Source: Eledone cirrhosa
Taxonomy: Eukaryota
Length of the DNA: 64,000 nt
Direction of reading: 5' to 3'
NCBI GenBank assembly: GCA_964016885.1
Contig: OZ024740.1
Coordinates: 342,302,001 to 342,366,000, forward strand
A program made the translations under genes and the position numbers. Below are positions 53,075 through 64,000 of the stretch, one piece after another. Position 1 is the stretch's first letter; every line of letters starts with the position of its first letter. The notes under the pieces are model-generated. The model worked only from the letters and a program-made list of their open reading frames with translations. It did no database searches and had not been told where the DNA came from.

Positions 53075-55700
53075 ATCATCATCATCATCATCATCATCAG
53101 GTTTAGCGTCCGTGTTCCACGCTTGCATGGGTTTGGACGGGGGTTTTCCCACTTGAGGCAAGAGTGGTTGTCTTGCTCGCATAGGACTGTCTGGCGGGTT
53201 TTCTACAGTTGGATGCCCTTCCTAACACCAACCACATTTACAGTGTGGGGCTGGGAGGTTTTTACCGTGTTGCCTACACGGCCACATTACAGCGTGGACT
53301 GTCTGGCGGGTTTTCTACAGCTGGATGCCCTTCCTAACACCAACCACATTTACAGTGTGGGGCTGGGAGGTTTTTACCGTGTTGCCTACACGGCCAGATT
53401 TACAGCGTGGACTGTGTGTTTTTTGTCGTGACACCTACACGATCTCATTTGTTTCGGCCTGGATGTTGTGGGACCAACATAACTTTACATTGAAAGGGGC
53501 GGTGTGGGTGGGGTGGAGGTGGTGGGACGGGGGTGTGTTTTGATAGAGGTGCCTACTGACTGTAGTAGGTTTTTACTTTGTATTTAGGTAAGGCGGGTCT
53601 TCTCTATTACTGAGTACCGCCAAAGGTCTCGGTCCAGTGACATTGTCTTGGAGAGGTGTAAGCGTGTGAGGTCGGAATTTATCAGCTCGTCCCATGTTTT
53701 TCTGGGTCTGCCTACTCCGTGGCTACCGTCTATCTTTATTGCCCTGCACTTTGTTATACAGCTGTCGTCTTTCATGCGCATCACGTGACCGTACCAACGT
53801 AGCCTTCTCTCGAGTAAACAACATCTGATCCCTCTTATTTCTAATTTTTTCCTTAGTTCGTTTATGCTTTGCCGTTCACGTATATTACTATTGCACATCC
53901 AGCGGAGCATGCAAGCTTCGTTCCTCTCTAGTCTGCGTATATCCTCTGCACACAATGCCCAGGTCTCACCGCCATGCAGCATTGCTGTTCGTATGCAGGC
54001 ATCGTATAACCTGCCTTTCATTTTTAGGGAGAACCCTCTAGCGGCTAATAGTGGTATAAGCTCTCTGAACTTTTTCCATCCAGTTCTGACTCTAGCTACT
54101 GTACTTTCAGAGCACCCTCCCCCACTGCTGATTTTGTCACCCAGATAACGGAAGCTGTCCACTATTTCTATAGAACCCTCTGCGCAGTTGAAGGAGCTAG
54201 TATTTTGTGGGCACTTGCTGCTACTTATTGCACCAGAGCACCGGCCACATGTAAAATCTATGTTCTTAGTTAGCTTACCTGTGATCCCACTACATCTTTT
54301 ATGCACCCATACTTTGCATTTGGGATATAAAATGGAGTTTCTACCTACGCCTTTCCTACACACTGAGCATGGCCATTTCCCCGATGGGACCGCCGCCTTA
54401 TTTTCTTTCCTACAAACTAGAACTTTAGTCTTAGCCAGGTTAATTTTAAGGCCTTTTGATTCTAGGCCGTGCTTCCACGTTTGGAATTTCTTCTCTAGTT
54501 CGGTCATTGATTCAGCTATGAGCGTTAGATCATCTGCGTATAGGAGTTCCCATGGGCAGCCGGTCTTGAACTCCTCTGTTATAGCCTGAAGGGCAATAAT
54601 AAATAGTAGGGGGCTAAGTACAGAGCCCTGATGGACACCAACTTTTACGCTAAACTCTTCACTATATTCGTTGTTAATTCTAACCTTACTGACTGTTTCT
54701 TTATACATGGCTTGTATAGCTCTCACAAGCCATTCGTCAACACCTAGTTTTCTAAGAGACCACCAGATAATGGAACGGGGGACTCTGTCGAAGGCTTTCT
54801 CCAAGTCGACAAAAGCTAAGTATAGGGGTTTACTTTTAGCTAGGTACTTCTCCTGTAGTTGTCGTACAATGAAAAGAGCGTCTGTGGTACTTTTGCCTGA
54901 CACAAACCCGAACTGCATTTCATCTAGATCAATTCTCTCTCTGATTAGTTGCGCTATTACTTTTTCCGTGACCTTCATGACCTGGTCGATTAATTTAATG
55001 CCTCTATAGTTACTCCTATCTAGGGCATCTCCTTTTCCCTTATAGCAGTTAACGATGATGCTGCTACGCCATTCCTTCGGAACAACCCCATTCTGTACAA
55101 CTTGGTTAACTATCCGGGTGACCATGGTGTGTCCCACCGAACCAGATGCCTTCAGCATCTCAGCAACTATTTCCGAAGGCCCAGCCGCCTTACCCGTCTT
55201 CATATCTTTGATTGCCTTACTTATTATACTACCTTTAACTAACACTGCTGGTCCCTCTATTGGATCGATCTGGGGGAGACTGTCTTTCTCCCATTTGTTC
55301 TCCTCATTTAGAAGCCTTTCGTAGTGACACTTCCAAGCTACCTTCTTATCAGCGTCGGTGATGGCAAGTATGCCATCATCGTTAAGTACACACTTCTCCC
55401 CGACAATATCACGGTTTTCCTTGACACATTGCCTGGCAATCCTGAACACCTCACGTTTTTGGTCCTCACGTTGTAGAACATGCTTGAACTTTCTTTCCTC
55501 TGCTTCCCTTCTTGCGAAGTACACTTGTCTCCTAGCTTCCCTCCTGGCCACTTGATAGTCTTCTCTACTTCCCCCATCCCGCCATACTTTCCAAGCCTGC
55601 TTTTTGGCCTTAATTGACTCCTCCACCTTACTGTTCCACCACCATGTTACTCTCCTCCTACCTACAGGCCTGCTCCAGCCACAGACTTCGTCTGCCGCCT
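53075..55700 (-). mobile_element. 5'-truncated RTE LINE, longest copy
   Basis: Frame open from about 55700 (AADEVCG...TWWWNSKVEE) to 53584; duplicated 3' UTR segment. Confidence 0.95.
53584..55626 (-). CDS. RTE ORF2 fragment: linker + reverse transcriptase + PHD-type finger
   Basis: KAAGP, LYADD and other RT motifs; near-identical to 49148-50734. Confidence 0.85.
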   Translation of the reverse strand: MEESIKAKKQAWKVWRDGGSREDYQVARREARRQVYFARREAEERKFKHVLQREDQKREVFRIARQCVKENRDIVGEKCVLNDDGILAITDADKKVAWKCHYERLLNEENKWEKDSLPQIDPIEGPAVLVKGSIISKAIKDMKTGKAAGPSEIVAEMLKASGSVGHTMVTRIVNQVVQNGVVPKEWRSSIIVNCYKGKGDALDRSNYRGIKLIDQVMKVTEKVIAQLIRERIDLDEMQFGFVSGKSTTDALFIVRQLQEKYLAKSKPLYLAFVDLEKAFDRVPRSIIWWSLRKLGVDEWLVRAIQAMYKETVSKVRINNEYSEEFSVKVGVHQGSVLSPLLFIIALQAITEEFKTGCPWELLYADDLTLIAESMTELEKKFQTWKHGLESKGLKINLAKTKVLVCRKENKAAVPSGKWPCSVCRKGVGRNSILYPKCKVWVHKRCSGITGKLTKNIDFTCGRCSGAISSSKCPQNTSSFNCAEGSIEIVDSFRYLGDKISSGGGCSESTVARVRTGWKKFRELIPLLAARGFSLKMKGRLYDACIRTAMLHGGETWALCAEDIRRLERNEACMLRWMCNSNIRERQSINELRKKLEIRGIRCCLLERRLRWYGHVMRMKDDSCITKCRAIKIDGSHGVGRPRKTWDELINSDLTRLHLSKTMSLDRDLWRYSVIEKTRLT

Positions 55701-56571
55701 ATATATAGTAATAAAAAATGCAAGGACCGAAATCCAAAGAGGACTCGCATGTATGTGTATGTATGTATATATTTGAATGTGCACATGCAAACGCTTGTGC
55801 ACATACATGTACATGTGTATATATGTATATGTGTGTGTATCATTTTTATACACTATATCTTCGTTTATGCATGCATCCACACTGATCAGTACATAGTTAT
55901 GTACGAGCCTAAATCCCAAAACATTGCTATTAATGTTCTCATTATCATCATTACTTTTATTATTATTAATATCTTAGAGGGTGGTGGATTGGCAGTATCG
56001 GTAGAGGGTCGGACGCCATGCTTTGACGCATAGAGTTACGGCCCTTGCCATTCTGAGTTCAAATCCCGCCGAGGTTAACTTTGCCTTTCATCATTATGGG
56101 GTCGATAAAATAGGGTACCAGTAATGCCAAAAATTAGAAACAATTATTATTAATACCTTCAGTATTTTTAATTTTAATCATATTACTTTTATTAATATCA
56201 TTTTCTATATGTGGTAGCTGGAAATCATTTGGCTATTCTAAAAAAAATATTAGTCTTCTGATTTTCTCATAGCAAAAATAGGTTTTTTCCATAACAAGAA
56301 TTTGTTCTTCTTGCTCCACATAATGATGTAATTTTCCTTGCATACATTTCGCCCATCTCAAGAGAACGTCTTCACACGCTACTGTCATATCTTCATGTTT
56401 TCTAAAGGCAATATTTGATCATAACTTGTTTGAAATCTACAGATTAATTTTTCTGTTTCAAAAGATCTTGCTTAGGGTGAAAGCAGAAATTTATTGCTTA
56501 AACTTTTAATCTGTACTAATATATATATAGGAAAATGTTCAAGACACTGACGGCAGATCTCAAGCCGTTTC

Positions 56572-56776
56572 CATGGGCCAGAATCCATGACTCGCTTGTT
56601 AGTTATATTTCTTAACATGCTTATTTTATTATTATTTTATTTCTTAATATGCTTAGCAGGTTTCTTAATTTATATTTTTATTTCTTAATATACCTCACAG
56701 GCTTTTAAATTTATTTTTTCTAAATTAATGGATCTATAAATAATCAAGTGAGTCGTGAATTCTGGCCCACCCTGTA
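56572..56776. mobile_element. Tc1/mariner-type MITE, left end eroded
   Basis: TGGGCCAGAATCCATGACTCGCTTG / CAAGTGAGTCGTGAATTCTGGCCCACCCTG-TA. Confidence 0.65.
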
Positions 56777-57000
56777 TATATATATATAAATATAAATTAG
56801 CGAGAATCGTATTTCAGCTCAGGAATTAAGGAAAAACAACTTCTGAGATGTGTGGCAAGCGCTCGATGATTCATATGAATCAGATCAACAACATACGTTA
56901 AGGGCCAAACACACTGAGATGGTGGTTAAACAAATCATCTGCACAGCCAAAAAAAAACGACCAAGTAATTCGGGTCAAACAATAAAAATATATGTGATTG

Positions 57001-57034
<34 letters not shown>

Positions 57035-57261
57035 AGATGTAATCTAACTCGTGCTAGCATGGAAAGTGGACATTAAACGATGATGATGATGATGATGTAG
57101 ATATATATGTATATCTAAAGTCTGTCTTAAGCCAGAAGGCTCATTTGACCGGTGCTTATCCCGGTTTAATGGCGTGAAGCAACGGAGAGTACAAGACTTC
57201 CTCTGGACAGGACGCCAGTTCATCGCAATATATGTATATATATGGGTATATATATAATTGT

Positions 57262-57560
57262 GAAGGCGCATGGCTTAGTGGTTAAAGCATTGGGCTTGCA
57301 ATCGAAAGTGAGTTCAATTCTCGGACCGGGTGATGTGTTGTTTCCTTGAACAAGACACTTTATTTCACGTTGCTCCAGTTTACTCAGCTGTAGAAATGAG
57401 TACCGGCCAACACGCCAAGCCAGTGGGATGGTGTTATCTTATGGCTAAAACAGCATGACGTGCTATGACCAACGGCGCCAATTGGTGCCCGACAGACTGG
57501 TCGGTCAAGGTGATCAAGGTGATATATATAATTGGTGTTGGATGCTTAAAGCGTCTGTAT
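57262..57560 (+). mobile_element. tRNA/CORE SINE head with a different 3' body
   Basis: Matches the 12734 family up to GTAGAAATGAG, then diverges. Confidence 0.7.
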
Positions 57561-58007
57561 GCGGTAGGCCGTATTTCTGTGATATATATATATGTTTTGT
57601 ATTACTGTTGAGCTGGTCAATATCGCCATCTGGTATATAAATAAATATTTTATTTCTTAAAATACTATGATCCAGACAGCAAAAGTATAGAAGAAAATGT
57701 CACCAAACGATTAAAATGTTGGATACTTGAGTTTCAGCTACGAATCAACATCAACCTTATATTTCCTTGTTTTGTCTACACTATATTGTTATTTGAGTTT
57801 ACTTTTGACAAACATTAAGCAACCTACTCCAGATTATAGAAATCTGACCTTGTCTGTAATAGCTTACTGATCGGTTTCTGGTTTTCTAATCTCAAGAGAA
57901 GTAAGAGATCCAAATAAAAGTCTTGAATGTCTAAATGTTAAAATAATGTAAAAGAAGAGAAAGAATACTTTTAAAAATGCTGACTGAACAGCTAAAAAAA
58001 AAAAAAT

Positions 58008-58440
58008 AATGGTTTCTGATTTATTAGACACAAGGCCAACAGTTTTGGTGGTGGTGGGGGGAATTGGTTAAATCAACCCAGTGTGTTATTGTTACTTTAT
58101 TTTATTGACCCTCGAAAGGATGAAAGGCAAAGCTAACCTCGGTGGGATTTGAACTCAGGAGGTAAAGGGATGTAACTCTATGCCATAAAGTATGCCTGAC
58201 GCTCTACTGATTCTGCCAACCCCCTACCCTTTATAATAATAACAATGGTTTCTGATTTAGGCACAAGGCCAATCATTTTTTGGGGAGGGGAAAGTCGATT
58301 AAATTATTCACAGTGCATTACTGGTACTTTATTTTATCGACCCTGAAAGGATGAAAGGCAAAGTTGACCATGGTGGGATGTGAACTCAGAAGGTAAAGGG
58401 ACATAACTTTATGCTTCAAAGCATGGTGTCTGACAATAAT
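58008..58440 (-). mobile_element. Two tandem Meta-domain SINEs
   Basis: GGATGAAAGGCAAAG(C/T)T motif twice, same orientation. Confidence 0.8.
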
Positions 58441-58599
58441 AATGGTTTCTTTATTAACCACACAGGGCTCACATCATGAAAACATTAAGGATGGCACAGG
58501 ATGGTACAATGTGGGTTTTGGCCTGTAAAAATGTTTTAACAAAAACAAGGAAACAAAGAAAAACATATAGTTCCATCCCTGATCTTGGCCAGTTTTCTC

Positions 58600-58611
58600 T
58601 CTGGCTGGCTT

Positions 58612-58644
<33 letters not shown>

Positions 58645-59500
58645 ATGGCTGGCTGGCTGGCTGGCTGGATGGATGGATGGATGGCTGGATGGCTTGCTGG
58701 CTTGTTGGCTTGCTGGATGGCTTGCTGGCTGGATGGCTGGATGGTTGGCTGGCTTGCTGGCTGGCTGGATGGTCGGCTGGCTGGATGGTTGGAGGGATGG
58801 CTGGCTGGCTGGCTGGCTGGATGGTTGGTTGGAGGGCTGGCTGGCTGGCTGGCTGGATAGATGGATGGAGGGCTGGCTGGCTGTCTGGATGGCTGGATGG
58901 CTGGATAGATGGATGGAGGGCTGGCTGGATGGCTGGCTGGCTGGATAGATGGATGGAGGGATGGCTGGATGGATGGATGGATGGATGGTTGGCTGGATGG
59001 AGGTTGGAGGGATGGCTGGCTGTCTGGCTGGCTGGATGGCTGGATGGTTGGATGGAGGGCTGGCTGGATGGCTGGATGGATGGATGGCTGGCTGTCTGGC
59101 TTGCTGGTTGACTGGCTTGCTGGCTGGCTGGATGGCTGGTTGACTGGCTTGCTGGCTGGATGGATGGCTTGCTGGCTGGATGGCTTGCTGGTTGGCTTGC
59201 TGGTTGACTGGCTTGCTGGCTGGCTGGCTGGCTGGTTGACTGGCTTGCTGGCTGGATGGATGGATGGATGGCTTGCTGGCTGGATGGCTTGCTGGTTGGC
59301 TTGCTGGTTGACTGGCTTGCTGGCTGGATGGATGGATGGATGGCTTGCTGGAGGGCTGGCTGGAGGGCTGGCTGGAGGGCTTGCTGGCTTGTTGGCTGGC
59401 TGGCTGGATTGCTGGCTGGCTTGCTGGCTGGCTGGCTGGCTGGCTTGCTGGCTGGCTTGCTGGCTGGCTGGTTGGGTTGCTGGATGGATGGCTGGCTGGT
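58600..59500. repeat. Complex tetranucleotide satellite (GCTG/GATG/GCTT/GAGG)
   Basis: Direct reading; strict 4-nt periodicity. Confidence 0.9.
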
Positions 59501-59967
59501 CAACTTAGTGCTTAACAGGCTTGTTGGTTGGCTTGTTGCTTTTTCATTTTTGTTGTTGTCACTGTTTCTGCTGTTGTCATTGTTGTTGCTGCTGTTGTCA
59601 TTGCAGTTGTTGTATCTGCTACTGCTGTTGTTGGTGTTGTTGTGGCTGTTGTCGTTGGTGGTGGTGAAAGTGCCCTTGTTAGTGATGTCTATAGCGGTGG
59701 TGATGACAATGGTGGTGATGTTATTACTATTACTCTTCAGAGTCCAGTCTGAATTGCTGTGATGATGAATGCTTTTCTTGAGGAACATTTTGCCATTCTA
59801 GCTGGATGTGGAAGGGGGTGCAACATTCATTTTCAAAAGCTTTATGGGCGTCAATTGAATTTTAAAATTCAAATATTTAGGCCAAATTTAAATGGGTGAA
59901 AGACAACAAACTTACAACAGCAATTTGCAATACGTGCCAACAAATGAACAAAAAAAAAAAGATATTA

Positions 59968-60492
59968 ATAATGGTTTCTGAATTAGGCATAAGGTCAACA
60001 ATTTTGGAGGAGGCAAAAGTCGATTAAATCGATTCCGTGTGTTACTGGTACTTTATTTTATCGATCCTGTAAGGATGAAAGGCAAAGCTAACCTTGGCGG
60101 TATTTGAACTCAGAATGTAAAGCTACATAACTCTATGCTGCAAAGCATGTTGTCCGACCCTCTACCGATACTGCCAATCCACCACACTAAATAATAATAA
60201 TTGTTTCTACTTTCGATGTAAAGTTATGTTGGTACCACAACATCCAGTCCGAAACAATTGAGGTCGTGTAGGTGTCACAACAAAAAAACACACAGTCCAT
60301 GCTGTAATGTGGCCGTGTAGGTAACACGGTAAAAACCTCCCAGTCCACACTGTAAACGTGGTTGGTGTTAGGAAGGGCATCCAGCCGTAGAAAACCCGCC
60401 AGACAGTCCTATACGAGCAAGACAACCAATCTTGCCTCAAGTGGGAAAACTCCCGTCCAAACCCATGCAAGCGTGGAAGATAGACGTTAAAC

Positions 60493-60523
<31 letters not shown>

Positions 60524-61255
60524 ACTGGTACTTTATTTTATCGACCCCGTAAGGATGAAAGGCACAGTTAACCTCGGCGGGATTTGAACTCAGATCGTAA
60601 AGGGACGTAACTACGCTGGAAAGCATGTCTGACCCTCTACCAATACTGCCAATTCACCGCCCTAAATAATAATAATAGTTTCTTATATAGGCACAAGGCC
60701 AGCAATTTTTTGGGGAGGGGAAAGTCGATTAAATTGACCCCAGTGCCTGCCTGGTACTTTATTTTATCGACTCCTGTAAGGATGAAAGACAAAGTTAACC
60801 TCAGCACGATTTGAACTCAGACCATAAAGGGACGTAACTCTATACTGCAAAGCATGGCGTCTGATCCTCTACCGATACTCCCAATCCACCAGTAATAATT
60901 GTTTCTATTTTTGGCACAAGGCCAGCAATTGTCCAGTGTATTACTGGTACTTTATTTTATCGACCCTGTAATAATGATAATACTTTTACATCTGTTTTTC
61001 CATGTTTGCATTGATCAGATGACTCTTTTCCAGCACAGCCTTCCTTCACTTGTTGTGTTCATTATTTCTGTGAAGTTCAGCACTTTCAGATCTGCTTTCA
61101 CCATTTCTGCCAAGATCTTTCTTGGTCTTTCTCGGCATTACTGGTACTTGATTTTATCAACCCCCCCACCACCACAAGGATGAAAGGCAAAACTAATCTC
61201 AGCGGTAGTTGAACTCAGAACGTAAAGGGCCATAACTTAGTACCAATCCACCACC
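59968..61255 (-). mobile_element. Cluster of Meta-domain SINEs interrupted by a plus-strand RTE 3' UTR fragment (60215-60522)
   Basis: At least five SINE segments in one orientation; RTE UTR matches 50787-51086. Confidence 0.8.
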
Positions 61256-61378
61256 GAATGGTAGTGACAGTAATTATGATAGCCACAATATAACAATACC
61301 AATGATGACTGCTGTATGATTGTAATATTTTAGCAGCATTTATTCTGGCTCTTTACATTCATCCTCCTCCAACTCTTT

Positions 61379-61409
<31 letters not shown>

Positions 61410-61904
61410 CCATCATCATTATCACCATCATCATCATCATTGTCCTCCTCCTCCTCCTCCTCATCATCATCACCACCACCACCACCACCACCACCATCAC
61501 CACCACCACCATCATCATCATCATCAGCATCATCATCATCACCATCATCACCATCATCACCATCATCATCATCATTGCCCCCCCTCCTCCTCCTCATCAT
61601 CACCACCACCAGCACCACCATCATCATCATCATTTAATGGGCATTTTTCTATGCTAGCATAGGTTCTGAGTTCAAATCCTGCTGTTGTCAACTTTGCCTT
61701 TCATCCTTCCAGGATTGATAAAATAATGTACCAGTAAAAAACTGGGGTTGATATAATCAACTTTCTTCTCCCCCTCCCCACCTCAAAAAGAAAGATTGCT
61801 GGCTTTGTGCCTAACGTAGGGCCCATTATAACAACCAGCATCATCAATGAAGTAGCATCATCATGTGTTGTTGTCAGACCTCTCTCCTTTCCCTGAAGAT
61901 GAAC

Positions 61905-62203
61905 GCTCCAGCTGATGCAATCAACTGAACAGCCGGCTCATGAAATCAATGAGCAAGTGGTTAAGCATTCCACAGACATGCACACTCTTAATGTAGTTTG
62001 CAGGGAGATTCAGTATCAAACAGTGAGTGATAAGGCTGGCCCCATGAATTACAGGTACAACCCATTTTTGTCAGTTGAGCATACTGAAGCAATGTAAAAT
62101 AAAGTGTCTTGTTCAAGGACACAACACACTGCCAGTCAAAGAATCAAGCTCATGACCCTACAATCATGAGCCTAGCACTTTAACAACTAAGCCAAATGCC
62201 TTC
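61905..62203 (-). mobile_element. tRNA/CORE SINE, second family
   Basis: Degenerate A/B boxes at 62140-62200, CORE-like GTGTCTTGTTCAAGGACACAAC. Confidence 0.75.
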
Positions 62204-62544
62204 TCAAGTAAAGTCAGATATTTATAGATGTAGACAGACTTATCTTTCTTCTTATAGATACCAAGTTTTATCAAGATTTTAATATATAGGTAGGCATGCC
62301 GGTGTGGTTAAGAAGTTCTCAGTTAACTGCACTTTCATATTTAACCACACTACCATAGTTAACCACACTACCACAGTTGAGCACACTACTATCAATCAAT
62401 ACCATTTGGATTTTAGACTACTGTAAAATTTGATAGAAATTACATATATAATATTTCGGACATTATTTATGGGCTGACCTGATACATTTCCACACTTATC
62501 CACTTTTACAGCTGTTAAAAAAACTTCATCATCATTATTATCAT

Positions 62545-63412
62545 CATCACCACCACAACCACCACCACCACCACCACTCTAACTACCACTTCCACCACCA
62601 CCACAATCACCACTACCACCACCACTATCACCATAACCACCACCATCACCACTCAAACCACAACTTCCACCACCACCACCACCACCACCACCACCACCAC
62701 TCTAACTACCACTTCCACCACCACCACAATCACCACTACCACCACCACAATCACTACCACCACCACCATCACCACTCAAACCACAACTTCCACCACCACC
62801 ACCACCACCACCACCACCACCACCACCACTCTAACTACCACTTCCACCACCACCACAATCACCACTACCACCACTACAATCACTACCACCACCACCATCA
62901 CCACTCAAACCACAACTTCCACCACCACCACCACCACCACCACCACTCTAACTACCACTTCCACCACCACCACAATCACCACTACCACCACTACAATCAC
63001 TACCACCACCACCATCACCACTCAAACCACAACTTCCACCACTGCCACCACCACCACCACTCTAACTACCACTTCCACCACCACTATCACCATAACCACC
63101 ACATCACCATCACCACCACCACCATCACCTCTCAAACCACATGGTGATGATGATGATGGTGGTGGTGGTGGAAGTCACCACCAACACCACTCTAACTACC
63201 ACTTCCATCACCACCACCATCACCACCACCACTCTAACTACCACTTCCACCACTACCACAATCACCACTACCACCACCACTATCACCATCACCACCACCT
63301 CCATCACCACTCAAACCACAACTTCCACCACCACCACCACCATCACCACTCAAACCACAACTTCCACCACCACCACCACCTCCATCACCACTACCACCAC
63401 TACCACCACCTC
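62545..63412. repeat. (CAC)n-derived minisatellite with ~120-bp higher-order unit
   Basis: Landmarks CTCTAACTACCACTTCC and CACTCAAACCACAACTTCC alternate at about 120-bp spacing. Confidence 0.85.
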
Positions 63413-63707
63413 AATCGTTATCATCATCCTCATCGTGTTACGTTCACTTTCCATACTGGCATGGGTTAAACTACTTACATTCAACAAAATAATTATAGCC
63501 CCCACCAAAAAAATACATATCTCACAAAGCAACATGATATATATACCTGCAATTACTCAACATGAGCAACAAACCAGATTAAAGGTATGGGCACCCTCAA
63601 ACACAATACCAGACATGTCAATTCTCCCCATCTGACACGGAGATCTCCCACCCACTTTGGGGTGGGTGAGAGATGTCTTCTCTTGTGAAAATGTGTATAG
63701 CTTACAT

Positions 63708-63895
63708 GCGGTGGATTGGCAGTATCAGTAGAGGATCGGACGCCATGCTTTCTAGCATAGTTACGTCCCTTTACGATCTGAGTTCAAATCCCGCCGAGGT
63801 TGACTTTGCCTTTCATCCTTACGGGGTCGATAAAATAAAGTACCAGTAATGCACTGGGTAATTGCTGGCCTTGTGCCTAAAATAGAAACAATTAT
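63708..63895 (+). mobile_element. Meta-domain SINE, full length
   Basis: Near-identical to 45531-45720. Confidence 0.9.
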
Positions 63896-64000
63896 GTAAA
63901 ATTTCCTCATTTTGCCTCATTTCTCCCTGTTTTGGAGCACTTTTTTTCATGGTACTCCCTATTTGGGTTTTTAGAGGTTGGCAGGCCTGCAATACACCAA

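Noticed and set aside
58469-59788. 439-aa QPAS-rich ORF
   Set aside because: Translation of a 4-nt-period satellite; several frames on both strands are open, and there is no convincing splice or domain context.

Overview
AT-rich, intron-like or intergenic eukaryotic DNA made almost entirely of transposon copies and microsatellites. The SINE and LINE families look like those of an octopod cephalopod; this is inferred from repeat content, not from a search. No intact host gene is evident. The long ORFs belong to a near-intact CR1-group LINE (20.1-23.2 kb) and three young RTE-clade LINE copies with a PHD-type zinc finger inside ORF2. There are also remnants of Penelope-like, R4/Dong-like, CRE-like, Ingi/Vingi-like, mariner and Helitron elements, piggyBac- and hAT-type MITEs, and many tRNA-derived SINEs. 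The most notable signal is non-coding: at least five complete type I hammerhead ribozyme motifs (two with unusually long stem II), several decayed ones, and two families of (TA)n-embedded fold-back elements. In those elements each arm is the 3' half of a hammerhead (stem II'-GAAA-stem III-NUH-stem I'), mirrored within the stem II region, and the outer arms co-vary from copy to copy. All structures were paired by eye and need computational and biochemical confirmation.
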